Notes under the pieces: generated by a model
Seen by the model: only the letters and a program-made list of their open reading frames with translations
What the model was told of the DNA's origin: nothing
The model's database searches: none
Position numbers and translations under genes: made by a program
In this document: positions 8,184 to 15,022 of the stretch, piece by piece
How positions within the stretch are numbered: position 1 is the first letter of the stretch
Layout: every line of letters begins with the position of its first letter
Origin: a virus
Lineage: Duplodnaviria > Caudoviricetes
Reading direction: 5' to 3' (one strand)
Virus record (IMG/VR): IMGVR_UViG_3300037792_000015
Span: 1 to 36,144 of that record
Length of the DNA: 36,144 bases

Positions 8184-8243
8184 TTCCCGGTATTTCGGGA
8201 ATATCACACTAAAGCGGGAATAAATCAACCGAAAAAGCGGGAG
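8184..8243 (-). promoter_or_regulatory. Leftward early promoter pL with three operator sites (oL)
   Basis: TTCCCG-N6-CGGGAA perfect dyad 8184-8201; ATCACA-N6-CGGGAA 8203-8220; CAACCG-N6-CGGGAG 8226-8243; minus-strand -35 TTGATT (8222-8227) and -10-like GATATT. Confidence 0.72.
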
Positions 8244-8254
8244 CATTTTGGGGC

Positions 8255-8285
8255 TTGCCAAGTTGTGAAGAAATTTGGCTGTATT
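8255..8285 (+). promoter_or_regulatory. Putative sigma70-type promoter of the two-gene moron
   Basis: TTGCCA (8255-8260), 17 nt, GCTGTATT; AT-rich; SD AAGGA at 8301. Confidence 0.45.
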
Positions 8286-8313
8286 TCGCCCAAAGGTTTT
8301 AAGGAATTAGCTT

Positions 8314-8652
8314 ATGTCACAGGCAATTATGGCATGCCCGAGCTGCGCGGCCCAAGTCTCGCCCAAGGCACTCGACTGCCCCGGATGCGGTCATCCGCTG
8401 CGAAAGCTGCGGCGCGGCCCGATCGGCTTTATCATCAAATGGTTGTTCATCATCTTCAATCTGCTGATGCTGGCATGGCTGGTGCTTGGTGTCGGCGCTG
8501 CGGGTGATGTGATGAACACCGCTCAGAGCGAGGCGGAGCGCGCAGGCGCCGCGATCGGCACGGGTCTTGGCGTCGGGATGGTTCTGACGGTTTGGGTGAT
8601 GGGAGACATCATCCTCGGCCTGCTGGTCCTGCTCACGAGGCCGAAGCGATGA
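8314..8652 (+). CDS. Zinc-ribbon plus two-TM membrane protein (moron)
   Basis: CPSC..CPGC zinc ribbon followed by two hydrophobic helices; SD AAGGA. Confidence 0.85.
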   Translation: MSQAIMACPSCAAQVSPKALDCPGCGHPLRKLRRGPIGFIIKWLFIIFNLLMLAWLVLGVGAAGDVMNTAQSEAERAGAAIGTGLGVGMVLTVWVMGDIILGLLVLLTRPKR

Positions 8653-8930
8653 TTCGATCTGTAGCGATTCTGGTCCTGTTGATGCTCACGCCAACCTTTG
8701 CATTGGCCTGTGAAGCCACACTGGCCCACTACCGGCAGTTAGAGTTGGGCATGTCAGTAGAGCAGGCCGTGTCGATCGTTGGATGCGAAGGGAAAGAGCT
8801 GGCGAGCAGTAATAGCGAGGGGTATTCGATGTATATGCTGCAATGGCGCGGTGGCTCTGATCTGGCCAGCATGGATTTGACCTTCGAGAACGATCAGCTC
8901 ACAAGTAAAAGTCAGTTTGGACTTGAGTAA
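8649..8930 (+). CDS. Exported small protein, DUF3862/BLIP-like (SmpA/OmlA-like fold), 93 aa
   Basis: Start ATG 8649 (ATGA overlap); signal peptide ending ALA; Y.QLELGMS.EQ...IVG..G ... W ... F.N..L.SKSQFGL pattern. Confidence 0.7.
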   Translation: MIRSVAILVLLMLTPTFALACEATLAHYRQLELGMSVEQAVSIVGCEGKELASSNSEGYSMYMLQWRGGSDLASMDLTFENDQLTSKSQFGLE

Positions 8931-9544
8931 TCCAGCTGCGGCGCGCGGAATGATGCCGCCACAACGCCGATGACCTTTGTCCTAGCGCCGTCTGCCACGA
9001 TGACAGGGTTCGGCTCTTCTAGCGCGGGGCTAATCAGGAACGGCGAGAACAGCCTTCTGACGATGATGCTGGACGATCCGTCTGCCAGGTCCATCATTTG
9101 CGCCAGCACCACATCTCCATCTTTCGCTGGCCTTTTCAGGTCAACAACAAGCACGTCACCCTGCATATAGCCGAACGTGGCGATCGTGATCCGCAGCTTG
9201 TAAAGCGAGGGCTCCCGTGCGCTCGGTGCGAGTGTCTGGGGCAGCTTCCTGCGGGCATCCTCAAGGTCAGGCCGCTCACCGCCTGCGGTTGGCGGTGTCC
9301 AGGGCGTTGCCTGACTGACATCCTTCCCTCGGCTGATCTCTTCCTCCAGCCCCAAGGCCAGATAGGAGAATGACACCCCAAGGGCGCTGGCCAGTTTCGC
9401 CACGTTGTCCACGCTTGGCGATCGAGAAGGATTGTCCTCGATCTGACTGACCGAATTCTTGCTAAGATCGGCCTTTTTCGATAGCGCGCTGGCGGACAGT
9501 CCCGCCTTTTCGCGAAGTATTTTCAGCCGTTCCGATAGTGTCAT
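8912..9544 (-). CDS. cI: CI-like repressor: XRE HTH plus degenerate S24 (LexA-like) C-terminal domain
   Basis: LSERLKILREKAGLSASALSKKADLSKNSVSQIE...SPSVDNVAKLASALGVS; GDVLVVD...DGDVVLA; divergent from the cro-like gene. Confidence 0.88.
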   Translation of the reverse strand: MTLSERLKILREKAGLSASALSKKADLSKNSVSQIEDNPSRSPSVDNVAKLASALGVSFSYLALGLEEEISRGKDVSQATPWTPPTAGGERPDLEDARRKLPQTLAPSAREPSLYKLRITIATFGYMQGDVLVVDLKRPAKDGDVVLAQMMDLADGSSSIIVRRLFSPFLISPALEEPNPVIVADGARTKVIGVVAASFRAPQLDYSSPN

Positions 9545-9596
9545 GTGTCCGATTCCGTTCTCGGGCGGACAGATATCAGAACTGCTGCGAATGTAT

Positions 9597-9640
9597 CGCC
9601 CGAAAAAGCGGTTGCTATATTCCCGATTTTGTGGGAATCA
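9597..9640 (+). promoter_or_regulatory. Rightward early promoter pR with operators (oR)
   Basis: CGCCCG-N6-CGGTTG 9597-9614 and TTCCCG-N6-TGGGAA 9620-9637 share the oL consensus; -35-like TTGCTA 9612-9617. Confidence 0.72.
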
Positions 9641-9646
9641 TCTGGC

Positions 9647-9922
9647 ATGACATACACCGATCATCTCCGCTCCATAATCATCGCGCTCATCGAGGCGCGT
9701 CCGGGGCTGTCCTATGCGCGCATTTCTTCGGAAACCGAGGGCGTCGGGCGCAACTGGGTTTCGGACTTCATGTCGCGCCGTGCCGGCACTCTTGGGAACG
9801 CGGAGCTGGTGATCGAAACCTGCCGCCGTCTCTGCCCAGAGGGTGAAAGCGGCGATCGGGTGCGTCAGCTTCTCGCGATCTATGAGCAGTCCATTGAAGA
9901 TCAGGAAAGGGGCGCGGCATGA
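9647..9922 (+). CDS. Cro-like regulator, 91 aa
   Basis: Start reassigned to ATG 9647 just after oR (no SD, possibly leaderless); HTH-like LSYARISSETEGVGRNWVSDF; divergent from cI. Confidence 0.65.
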   Translation: MTYTDHLRSIIIALIEARPGLSYARISSETEGVGRNWVSDFMSRRAGTLGNAELVIETCRRLCPEGESGDRVRQLLAIYEQSIEDQERGAA

Positions 9923-10254
9923 CCACCGCGCCCCGTCTCCACCTTTCATTGGTTGTTTCAAATCCTGTCCACTCACGGGACAAGGATAGGAGCCAACCCA
10001 TGCAAAAGTCGTTTGACAAAGTTTTTGACCCATTTCGTTACCGCGCCGAATTCCCGGAGCTTTGGTCTGCCTATCTGCGCGCCAATTTCCGCAACATCGA
10101 GAACGTCGCCGTTGCCTTTGACGTGACCTTCCAGACCGCCTGCAACTGGTGGCACGGCACACATCGTCCTTCCGGCGACAAGGTCGCGCTGGCGGCGATC
10201 CGAGATCCCGAAGGCTTCGCGGCCTCGATGACAACCATAGGGAGGGCGGCATGA
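9919..10254 (+). CDS. HTH DNA-binding protein (CII position); alternative start at 10000
   Basis: IENVAVAFDVTFQTACNWWHG..RPSG HTH; ATGA coupling at 9919; AGGAG SD before ATG 10000. Confidence 0.75.
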   Translation: MTTAPRLHLSLVVSNPVHSRDKDRSQPMQKSFDKVFDPFRYRAEFPELWSAYLRANFRNIENVAVAFDVTFQTACNWWHGTHRPSGDKVALAAIRDPEGFAASMTTIGRAA

Positions 10255-10519
10255 TTGCTCCCTCCGAAATTGGGCGCGCTCTCCTCCTCCCTTGCGCGTC
10301 TGATCCCACCCGGCCTCAAGGTCGGGTGGGTAGCCCTTTCCCCGGCGGCTTGGCAGCGGTGCGCGGGAATAGCGGCGGCGGCAAGATTGGCTCCCCCCAG
10401 TCTCTTGGCGTCGCCGCATCTGATCCGGATCAGGTTGACTGCCTTCCTGATCTGTTGGGAGCCGCGCGCCGCCCGTCGCGCGGCACAACTGCGCAGGCGG
10501 TGGATGATCCCGCCTGCGC
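10241..10519 (+). ncRNA. Candidate structured RNA: eight tandem hairpins, one with a cuckoo-type CCUCCUCCC loop
   Basis: Stems at 10241-10265, 10272-10301 (loop CCTCCTCCC 10283-10291), 10305-10330, 10338-10369 (weak), 10372-10417 (loop CTCCCC), 10427-10453, 10461-10484, 10491-10519. Confidence 0.55.
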
Positions 10520-10538
10520 CCTTTCTCTGGAGGTCCAG

Positions 10539-10934
10539 ATGGCAGGAATAAGCAAGATTTCGCAGCTTCAGGACACCCAAGCCCTCCGGGCGATGTGGGA
10601 GTCCGGGGTTTCAGCCAAGCAGATCGGCGAGGCTGTCGGCATGGCCGCAAGCAGCGTGAATACCAAGGCCAAGATGTTCGGCTATCCGTCGCGCGCGCGC
10701 GGTGGTGTGTTGCGCGGCCCGATGCCGAGCCATCCGCCGGTGGATGCTGTGGCGCATGATGTGCCGCAGGAGTTCAAGGTCGAGGCGCAGACTCACCCGC
10801 GCTGGCCGGTCGAGTATGACGCGGCGATCCTCAAGACCGATGGCAAATACAGCCGCATCTCGAACCTCTCCAAGAGCCTTGGCCGATCGGTTAACGCGAT
10901 CCTCGGTCGCTGGCACCAGTTGAGGGCCATGTGA
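10539..10934 (+). CDS. GcrA-like N-terminal HTH protein with a second Myb/HTH-like domain, 131 aa
   Basis: SD GGAGG at 10529; LRAMWESGVSAKQIGEAVGMAASSVNTKAKMFGYPSR resembles the GcrA N-terminus; C-terminal RWPVEYD...LSKSLGRSVNAILGRW. Confidence 0.68.
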   Translation: MAGISKISQLQDTQALRAMWESGVSAKQIGEAVGMAASSVNTKAKMFGYPSRARGGVLRGPMPSHPPVDAVAHDVPQEFKVEAQTHPRWPVEYDAAILKTDGKYSRISNLSKSLGRSVNAILGRWHQLRAM

Positions 10935-11278
10935 TGCAGGACCGCCGGGTCGCATTCGGGCTTGCTGCCACGATGATCGCTTTGAAGGCGAAGGCTGGCC
11001 GGTTGCAACTCAGTGACCAGATCCAGTTCGCCATGCGGACGCTGGACCTGGTGCATGACGATCAGGCGGCCCGCGACGCGGCGGTCAGCTTCCTTTCCAA
11101 TTGCAGGCTTGATGCCTCGCGCGCCGGCACAGAATTGCAGGACTTCGTTCTGACCTGGTCCGATGGCGCGATTGACGCAAAGCGGCCTGAAACCGTTCTG
11201 GCAGCGATGCCCGAAACCACTGCCGATTGGCAGTCAACTGATGCTCAAGAAACCGAAATGGGAAGGAGTTTTCAATGA
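10931..11278 (+). CDS. Hypothetical phage protein
   Basis: 115 aa; coupled to both neighbours. Confidence 0.7.
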   Translation: MMQDRRVAFGLAATMIALKAKAGRLQLSDQIQFAMRTLDLVHDDQAARDAAVSFLSNCRLDASRAGTELQDFVLTWSDGAIDAKRPETVLAAMPETTADWQSTDAQETEMGRSFQ

Positions 11279-11595
11279 GCGATGGAAATAGCCATTTTCT
11301 GATGGCGGTCGGCAGAATCGACGGCGGCTTGCCGATTGAAACCGCTGACAACTGCCTACGCGATGTGATCGGCGCAGTGCAGCGGACTGGCAAACGGGGC
11401 AGCGTGACGCTGACGCTGGACATCGGGCCGAACGGCGAGATGGGCTTTGAGGCGTCCTGCAAGGTCACGGCGCGCGCGCCGAACATCGTGTTCGGCAAGA
11501 GTTTCTTCTTCATGGGCCGCGATGGCGACCTGACCCGCGAAGCGCCCGACATGCAGCAGCTCGGGCTGATGAAGGGGGATCGGGTCAATGGCTGA
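11275..11595 (+). CDS. Conserved phage protein, usual upstream partner of DUF2303 (YfdP-like)
   Basis: AVQRTGKRGSVTLTLDI, FF...DGDLTR..P.....L; SD AAGGAG. Confidence 0.78.
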   Translation: MSDGNSHFLMAVGRIDGGLPIETADNCLRDVIGAVQRTGKRGSVTLTLDIGPNGEMGFEASCKVTARAPNIVFGKSFFFMGRDGDLTREAPDMQQLGLMKGDRVNG

Positions 11596-12382
11596 TCTCA
11601 CCGAATTCGATGCGCAGCTCGCTGCCAATGTTGGCCAGACGTCACTCCTTCTTTTTGAGGCCGATTCGCTTGGGCAATTCGCGATGGTGCCGGATGGGTT
11701 TGCTGTCCAAAGTCTGGAGGAATTCCAGCGCCGCCCAAACCGGCATGAGGCTGACCATCGCTTTGTCTCAATTGCATCCTTGATTGAGTATTTGAACCGC
11801 TTTGCCCGGTTAGAAACGATGATCGCTGCGGATGCCGAAAAAGCGACCATCAGCTGCTGTATCGACGGCGACACGGTGGAAGAACCATCATTCAAGGAGC
11901 ATCACGCCAGCTTTTCGGCGCAGCAGTCAGACAAGCTGCGGGCGTGGCGCGGGATCTGCGGCAAGCCAATGTCGCAAGTGCAGTTCGGCCTGTTCCTGGA
12001 AGAGCGGGCGGTGGATGTCGTGGTGCCAGAGGCCGCTTCCGTCATGGAAATGGTGATGACCTTCGACGCCACCAAAAAGGTGGTCTTCAAAAGCAGTATG
12101 CGGCTGCACGATGGCTCGCGCCAATTCCAATATGTCGAGGACAACGAGGCGCGCGGCGGTGTGACGCTGCCGGATCACTTCATCATCCTCGCGCCTGTCT
12201 ATCGGGGCATGGAACCGCAGCGGATCAAGTTCATGGTCCGCTATCGGATCGAAGAGGGCGCGCTCCGCTTTATCGTCCAGATGCACGATGAAGAGGAAGT
12301 TATGCGCGCAGCCTTCGAGCGGTGTGTGGATGCGCTCCAAGCCGGATTGAAGGCCGAACTCCCTGTCTATTGGGTCGGCTGA
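11588..12382 (+). CDS. DUF2303 (YfdQ-like) family protein
   Basis: SIASLIEYLNRF, W.....KPMSQ..F..FLEE...D, FKS..RL.DG..QF.Y, LP..F....PVY.G. Confidence 0.85.
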   Translation: MADLTEFDAQLAANVGQTSLLLFEADSLGQFAMVPDGFAVQSLEEFQRRPNRHEADHRFVSIASLIEYLNRFARLETMIAADAEKATISCCIDGDTVEEPSFKEHHASFSAQQSDKLRAWRGICGKPMSQVQFGLFLEERAVDVVVPEAASVMEMVMTFDATKKVVFKSSMRLHDGSRQFQYVEDNEARGGVTLPDHFIILAPVYRGMEPQRIKFMVRYRIEEGALRFIVQMHDEEEVMRAAFERCVDALQAGLKAELPVYWVG

Positions 12383-12383
12383 C

Positions 12384-12737
12384 ATGACTGATCGAGTGAC
12401 CATCGAACTGATCGCGCAGGCCGTCTCGGATGTCTGGGGCGTCAGCCTGCACGATCTTCGCGGTCAGCGTCGATTCACCTCAATCACCGTTCCGCGCCAA
12501 GTCGCCTTTGCGCTGGCGCGGATCTACACGGATCACTCTTTCCCCGTGATTGGGCGGTGGTTCGGTGATCGTGACCACACGACCGTGATCCACGGCATCC
12601 GCCGATATGAGAGCGAGCTGCGGGATCTGCATCACGAACAGATCGACAAGGTCGAGGCCCTTATCGACCAGAGGCGGCGCGCGGTGTTCATTCGCGGGGC
12701 TGTCCCGACGTTCCAGACGGTCAGGAGCGCCGCATGA
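12384..12737 (+). CDS. Stand-alone DnaA C-terminal (domain IV) HTH protein
   Basis: DLRGQRR...ITVPRQVAFALAR..T..SFP.IGRWFGDRDHTTVIHG, the DnaA domain IV signature. Confidence 0.9.
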   Translation: MTDRVTIELIAQAVSDVWGVSLHDLRGQRRFTSITVPRQVAFALARIYTDHSFPVIGRWFGDRDHTTVIHGIRRYESELRDLHHEQIDKVEALIDQRRRAVFIRGAVPTFQTVRSAA

Positions 12738-13387
12738 AGCCCTCGCTGCGCCCCTTGGATGTGACAGATCTGCCCGACTATCCCGTCGAGCTGATGGACG
12801 TGCCGCCCGCGACAGACTTCTTCGTCAAGATCTATCACAACCGCTGGCTCAATTCGCGCCTGCATCTGACCGCCTCGATGGCGGTGCAGGGCATGGCGCT
12901 GAACCTCTTCCTCATCGCCCGCAACCAGAACCCGATGGGATCGCTGCCGCATGATGAGGCGGTGATCGCCCGCATGCTGCGCGTCTCGGTCGAGGAATGG
13001 ACGGCCGCCAAGGCCCAGACCATCGGGCCGCTCTATGGCTGGTCCCACTACCGCGCCGGGTCCGACATCGTCCTCGGCCATCAGGTTGTGATCGAGGGGT
13101 GTCTGGATGCGCTCCACCGCCGCGAGGCGCGCGAGGCGGGGAATGAGGAAAAGCGCGCGGCACAGCGGCTCAAGCGTCTCTCCGAGGCGATGGCCAAGAT
13201 GGGCTGCGACAAGCGGATGTGCGCGGACGCGGTGCTGCTCCAGCGGCTCGATCAGTGGCTGCTGGAGAACCATAAGGGCCAGCGCCGACAGCCCCAGTTC
13301 GATGCGTGGATTGCGCGGGCTTTGACGCATGCAGATCGCGCGGGCTGGATCGGATCGACCAAGCGGGGCTTTGATACGAAAGGATAA
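12734..13387 (+). CDS. Putative replication initiator (DUF1376/YdaU-like N-terminal domain)
   Basis: RWLNS......S..VQG.A.NL...A.NQNP.GSLP.DE..IARML.V..EEW; followed by origin-like repeats. Confidence 0.65.
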   Translation: MKPSLRPLDVTDLPDYPVELMDVPPATDFFVKIYHNRWLNSRLHLTASMAVQGMALNLFLIARNQNPMGSLPHDEAVIARMLRVSVEEWTAAKAQTIGPLYGWSHYRAGSDIVLGHQVVIEGCLDALHRREAREAGNEEKRAAQRLKRLSEAMAKMGCDKRMCADAVLLQRLDQWLLENHKGQRRQPQFDAWIARALTHADRAGWIGSTKRGFDTKG

Positions 13388-13403
13388 TTCCGGCCAAGTG
13401 TGG

Positions 13404-13516
13404 CTGGAACGTGAGGGAACGTGGAAACACAGAACGCCACAGATCAGCACAGTTTTCCACGTTCCAGAACTGTGCCGCCTAGAGAAGAGAAGAGAAGAAG
13501 AGAGAAGAACAGAAAC
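13404..13516. repeat. Putative replication origin: iteron-like direct and inverted repeats plus a purine tract
   Basis: GGAACGTG at 13406 and 13416; GGAACGTGGAAA (13416-13427) inverted to TTTCCACGTTCC (13454-13465); GCACAGTT/AACTGTGC (13447-13454 and 13468-13475); AGAGA-rich tract 13481-13515. Confidence 0.65.
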
Positions 13517-13592
13517 ACGAAACACACCGCAGCGCGCCGAAAAGGTGAGTTGCGCCAGTGGCAGCCCGAGCAGGCTGAGAAAGGGGAAGGCG

Positions 13593-14180
13593 ATGGAAGG
13601 GCAAGAAAAGAAGGAGGCCAACCGCGAGCGCGTCCGCCGTCTGGTGATTGATCCATTGGCAACGCGCGGGTTCCGGTTTGCCAAGGGCACGTCCGATGAA
13701 GACCAGCGCAAGCAGCTGGACGGTCTGGCCGATCTGATCGGCTACATGTCGGACGGTGGGTTGCGGGTTCTGGAGGAATGTTTGCGCACCAAGGGCGAGG
13801 GGTCGCAGCGTTGTTTCTGGCCCTCTCATGCCACCATCGGCGGGCTGGCCGAGGCATTCGAGGCGCGACCGCTGGAAGAGCTTCCGGGGTTGCTGCGCTG
13901 GTTCGCATCCGAGGCTGGGCGTCTTGCCCTCGCTGATGAGCGTCTGGTGTCCGAGTATCTGTTCTGGAAATCGAAGAAGCGCCCGCCTGTCTCGCCGCAG
14001 GATCGCAAGGTAGTGGCCGAGCATGCTGCGGAAATGCGGTCAAAGGCCGAGCGTGTCAGGGACCGGATCGCACGGGGCATGCCGCCGCTCTACGACGATG
14101 GCGAATGGCTGACTTGGTTCGAGGCGACCGAGGCGCGGGTCAAAGGGTTTCTGGCGCAGGAACAGGGGGAAGCTGCATGA
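13593..14180 (+). CDS. Hypothetical replication-module protein, 195 aa
   Basis: Start reassigned to ATG 13593 with a purine-rich SD; directly after the origin-like region. Confidence 0.72.
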   Translation: MEGQEKKEANRERVRRLVIDPLATRGFRFAKGTSDEDQRKQLDGLADLIGYMSDGGLRVLEECLRTKGEGSQRCFWPSHATIGGLAEAFEARPLEELPGLLRWFASEAGRLALADERLVSEYLFWKSKKRPPVSPQDRKVVAEHAAEMRSKAERVRDRIARGMPPLYDDGEWLTWFEATEARVKGFLAQEQGEAA

Positions 14181-14833
14181 ATGCAATGGCACAACAGGTT
14201 CGGGCCGCTCCACGCGGTGCATCGGCCCGCGACATATCCATCCTTGGCCTGATCGAGTGGGCGTTCCAGCGCGAATGCGCCTCGCTGGATTTCGATGAAT
14301 TGGCCAGCACGGCAGGCGAGCGACCGGCGGTCAGTCCGCTGTGGATGCTGATGCAGCGTCGCAACCTCGGCTGCAAGGTTGATGGCGGCGGGCGATCTGA
14401 TCCGCACCCCGACGCTGACATCGTCGCCTCGGCGCTCGCCGCCCTGCCCGATGCGCGCGGCGGTCGGCGCATGGGGATCTGGATTGCCGAGCTGGCCCGC
14501 GCTGGTCTGCGCCCTGACTGGATGCCCGGTGCCGTGACGCGCTGCGTCCCGCTGGATCGCCACAAGAACAATCACGGATGGCATGCCAAGTCCGAACCCT
14601 GCGGATCGGTGAAGGTGATGAGCCGGGGCAAGCTGCGCGAGGTCGAGATGCGCTGGTGTCCGGTGACGTTCACGCCAACGGCCCAGCAGATCGCCAGCGC
14701 GCGCCGCGCCTATCTGGATTGGTGGGGTGCGCTCCATGATTTGCGCCACAGCTTCCGCGCCTATGGTGGCCTGACAGCGTGGCGTGTGACAGAGGAAATG
14801 CCGCCTCGAACGCCGTGGGTCAAAAGTTCTTGA
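14177..14833 (+). CDS. Hypothetical protein at the Q position (putative late regulator/antiterminator), 218 aa
   Basis: ATGA overlap at 14177; last early gene; its stop overlaps the -35 of the putative late promoter. Confidence 0.6.
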   Translation: MNAMAQQVRAAPRGASARDISILGLIEWAFQRECASLDFDELASTAGERPAVSPLWMLMQRRNLGCKVDGGGRSDPHPDADIVASALAALPDARGGRRMGIWIAELARAGLRPDWMPGAVTRCVPLDRHKNNHGWHAKSEPCGSVKVMSRGKLREVEMRWCPVTFTPTAQQIASARRAYLDWWGALHDLRHSFRAYGGLTAWRVTEEMPPRTPWVKSS

Positions 14834-14859
14834 CCAGCGAAATCCCAGGGTGCTAGACA
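14830..14859 (+). promoter_or_regulatory. Putative late promoter (pR'-like)
   Basis: TTGACC 14830-14835 and GCTAGACA 14852-14859. Confidence 0.55.
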
Positions 14860-14878
14860 AGTCACCAGCAACACAAGT

Positions 14879-14911
14879 GCGCCCGGAGGAAACTCCGGGC
14901 GCTTTGCGTTT
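14879..14911 (+). terminator. Intrinsic terminator-like hairpin (tR'-like)
   Basis: Perfect 10 bp stem GCGCCCGGAG-GAAA-CTCCGGGCGC followed by TTTGCGTTT. Confidence 0.75.
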
Positions 14912-14987
14912 GTCGGGGTGGAGCAGTCGGTAGCTCGTCGGCCTCATAAGCCGAAGGTCGCAGGTTCAAGTCCTGTGCCCGCAACCA
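14912..14987 (+). tRNA. tRNA-Met (CAT), initiator-like, with a degenerate acceptor stem (possible pseudo-tRNA)
   Basis: D arm GAGC-AGTCGGTA-GCTC; anticodon arm TCGGC-CTCATAA-GCCGA; T arm GCAGG-TTCAAGT-CCTGT; encoded 3' ACCA; 76 nt. Confidence 0.85.
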
Positions 14988-15022
14988 GTCCACCAAATCG
15001 CGCGCCGATCTCGCAAGTCTCC

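Noticed and set aside
9545-9646. Longer start for the cro-like gene at 9545
   Set aside because: It would run through the operators and promoter and abut the cI start; ATG 9647 fits better
10241-10519. CRISPR array or REP repeats as an explanation for the hairpin series
   Set aside because: The stems share no repeated primary sequence and there is no repeat-spacer periodicity
10149-10538. N-terminal extension of the GcrA-like ORF (starts at 10149 or 10251)
   Set aside because: Low-complexity translation, the 10251 start is buried in a hairpin, and a strong SD precedes ATG 10539; not fully excluded
13407-13420. Alphaproteobacterial LexA box (GAAC-N7-GAAC)
   Set aside because: Spacing is N6 and the motifs belong to the origin-like repeats
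14912-14987. tRNA as the prophage attachment site
   Set aside because: It lies mid-genome between the late promoter and cos; no duplicate 3' fragment or integrase is seen in the window
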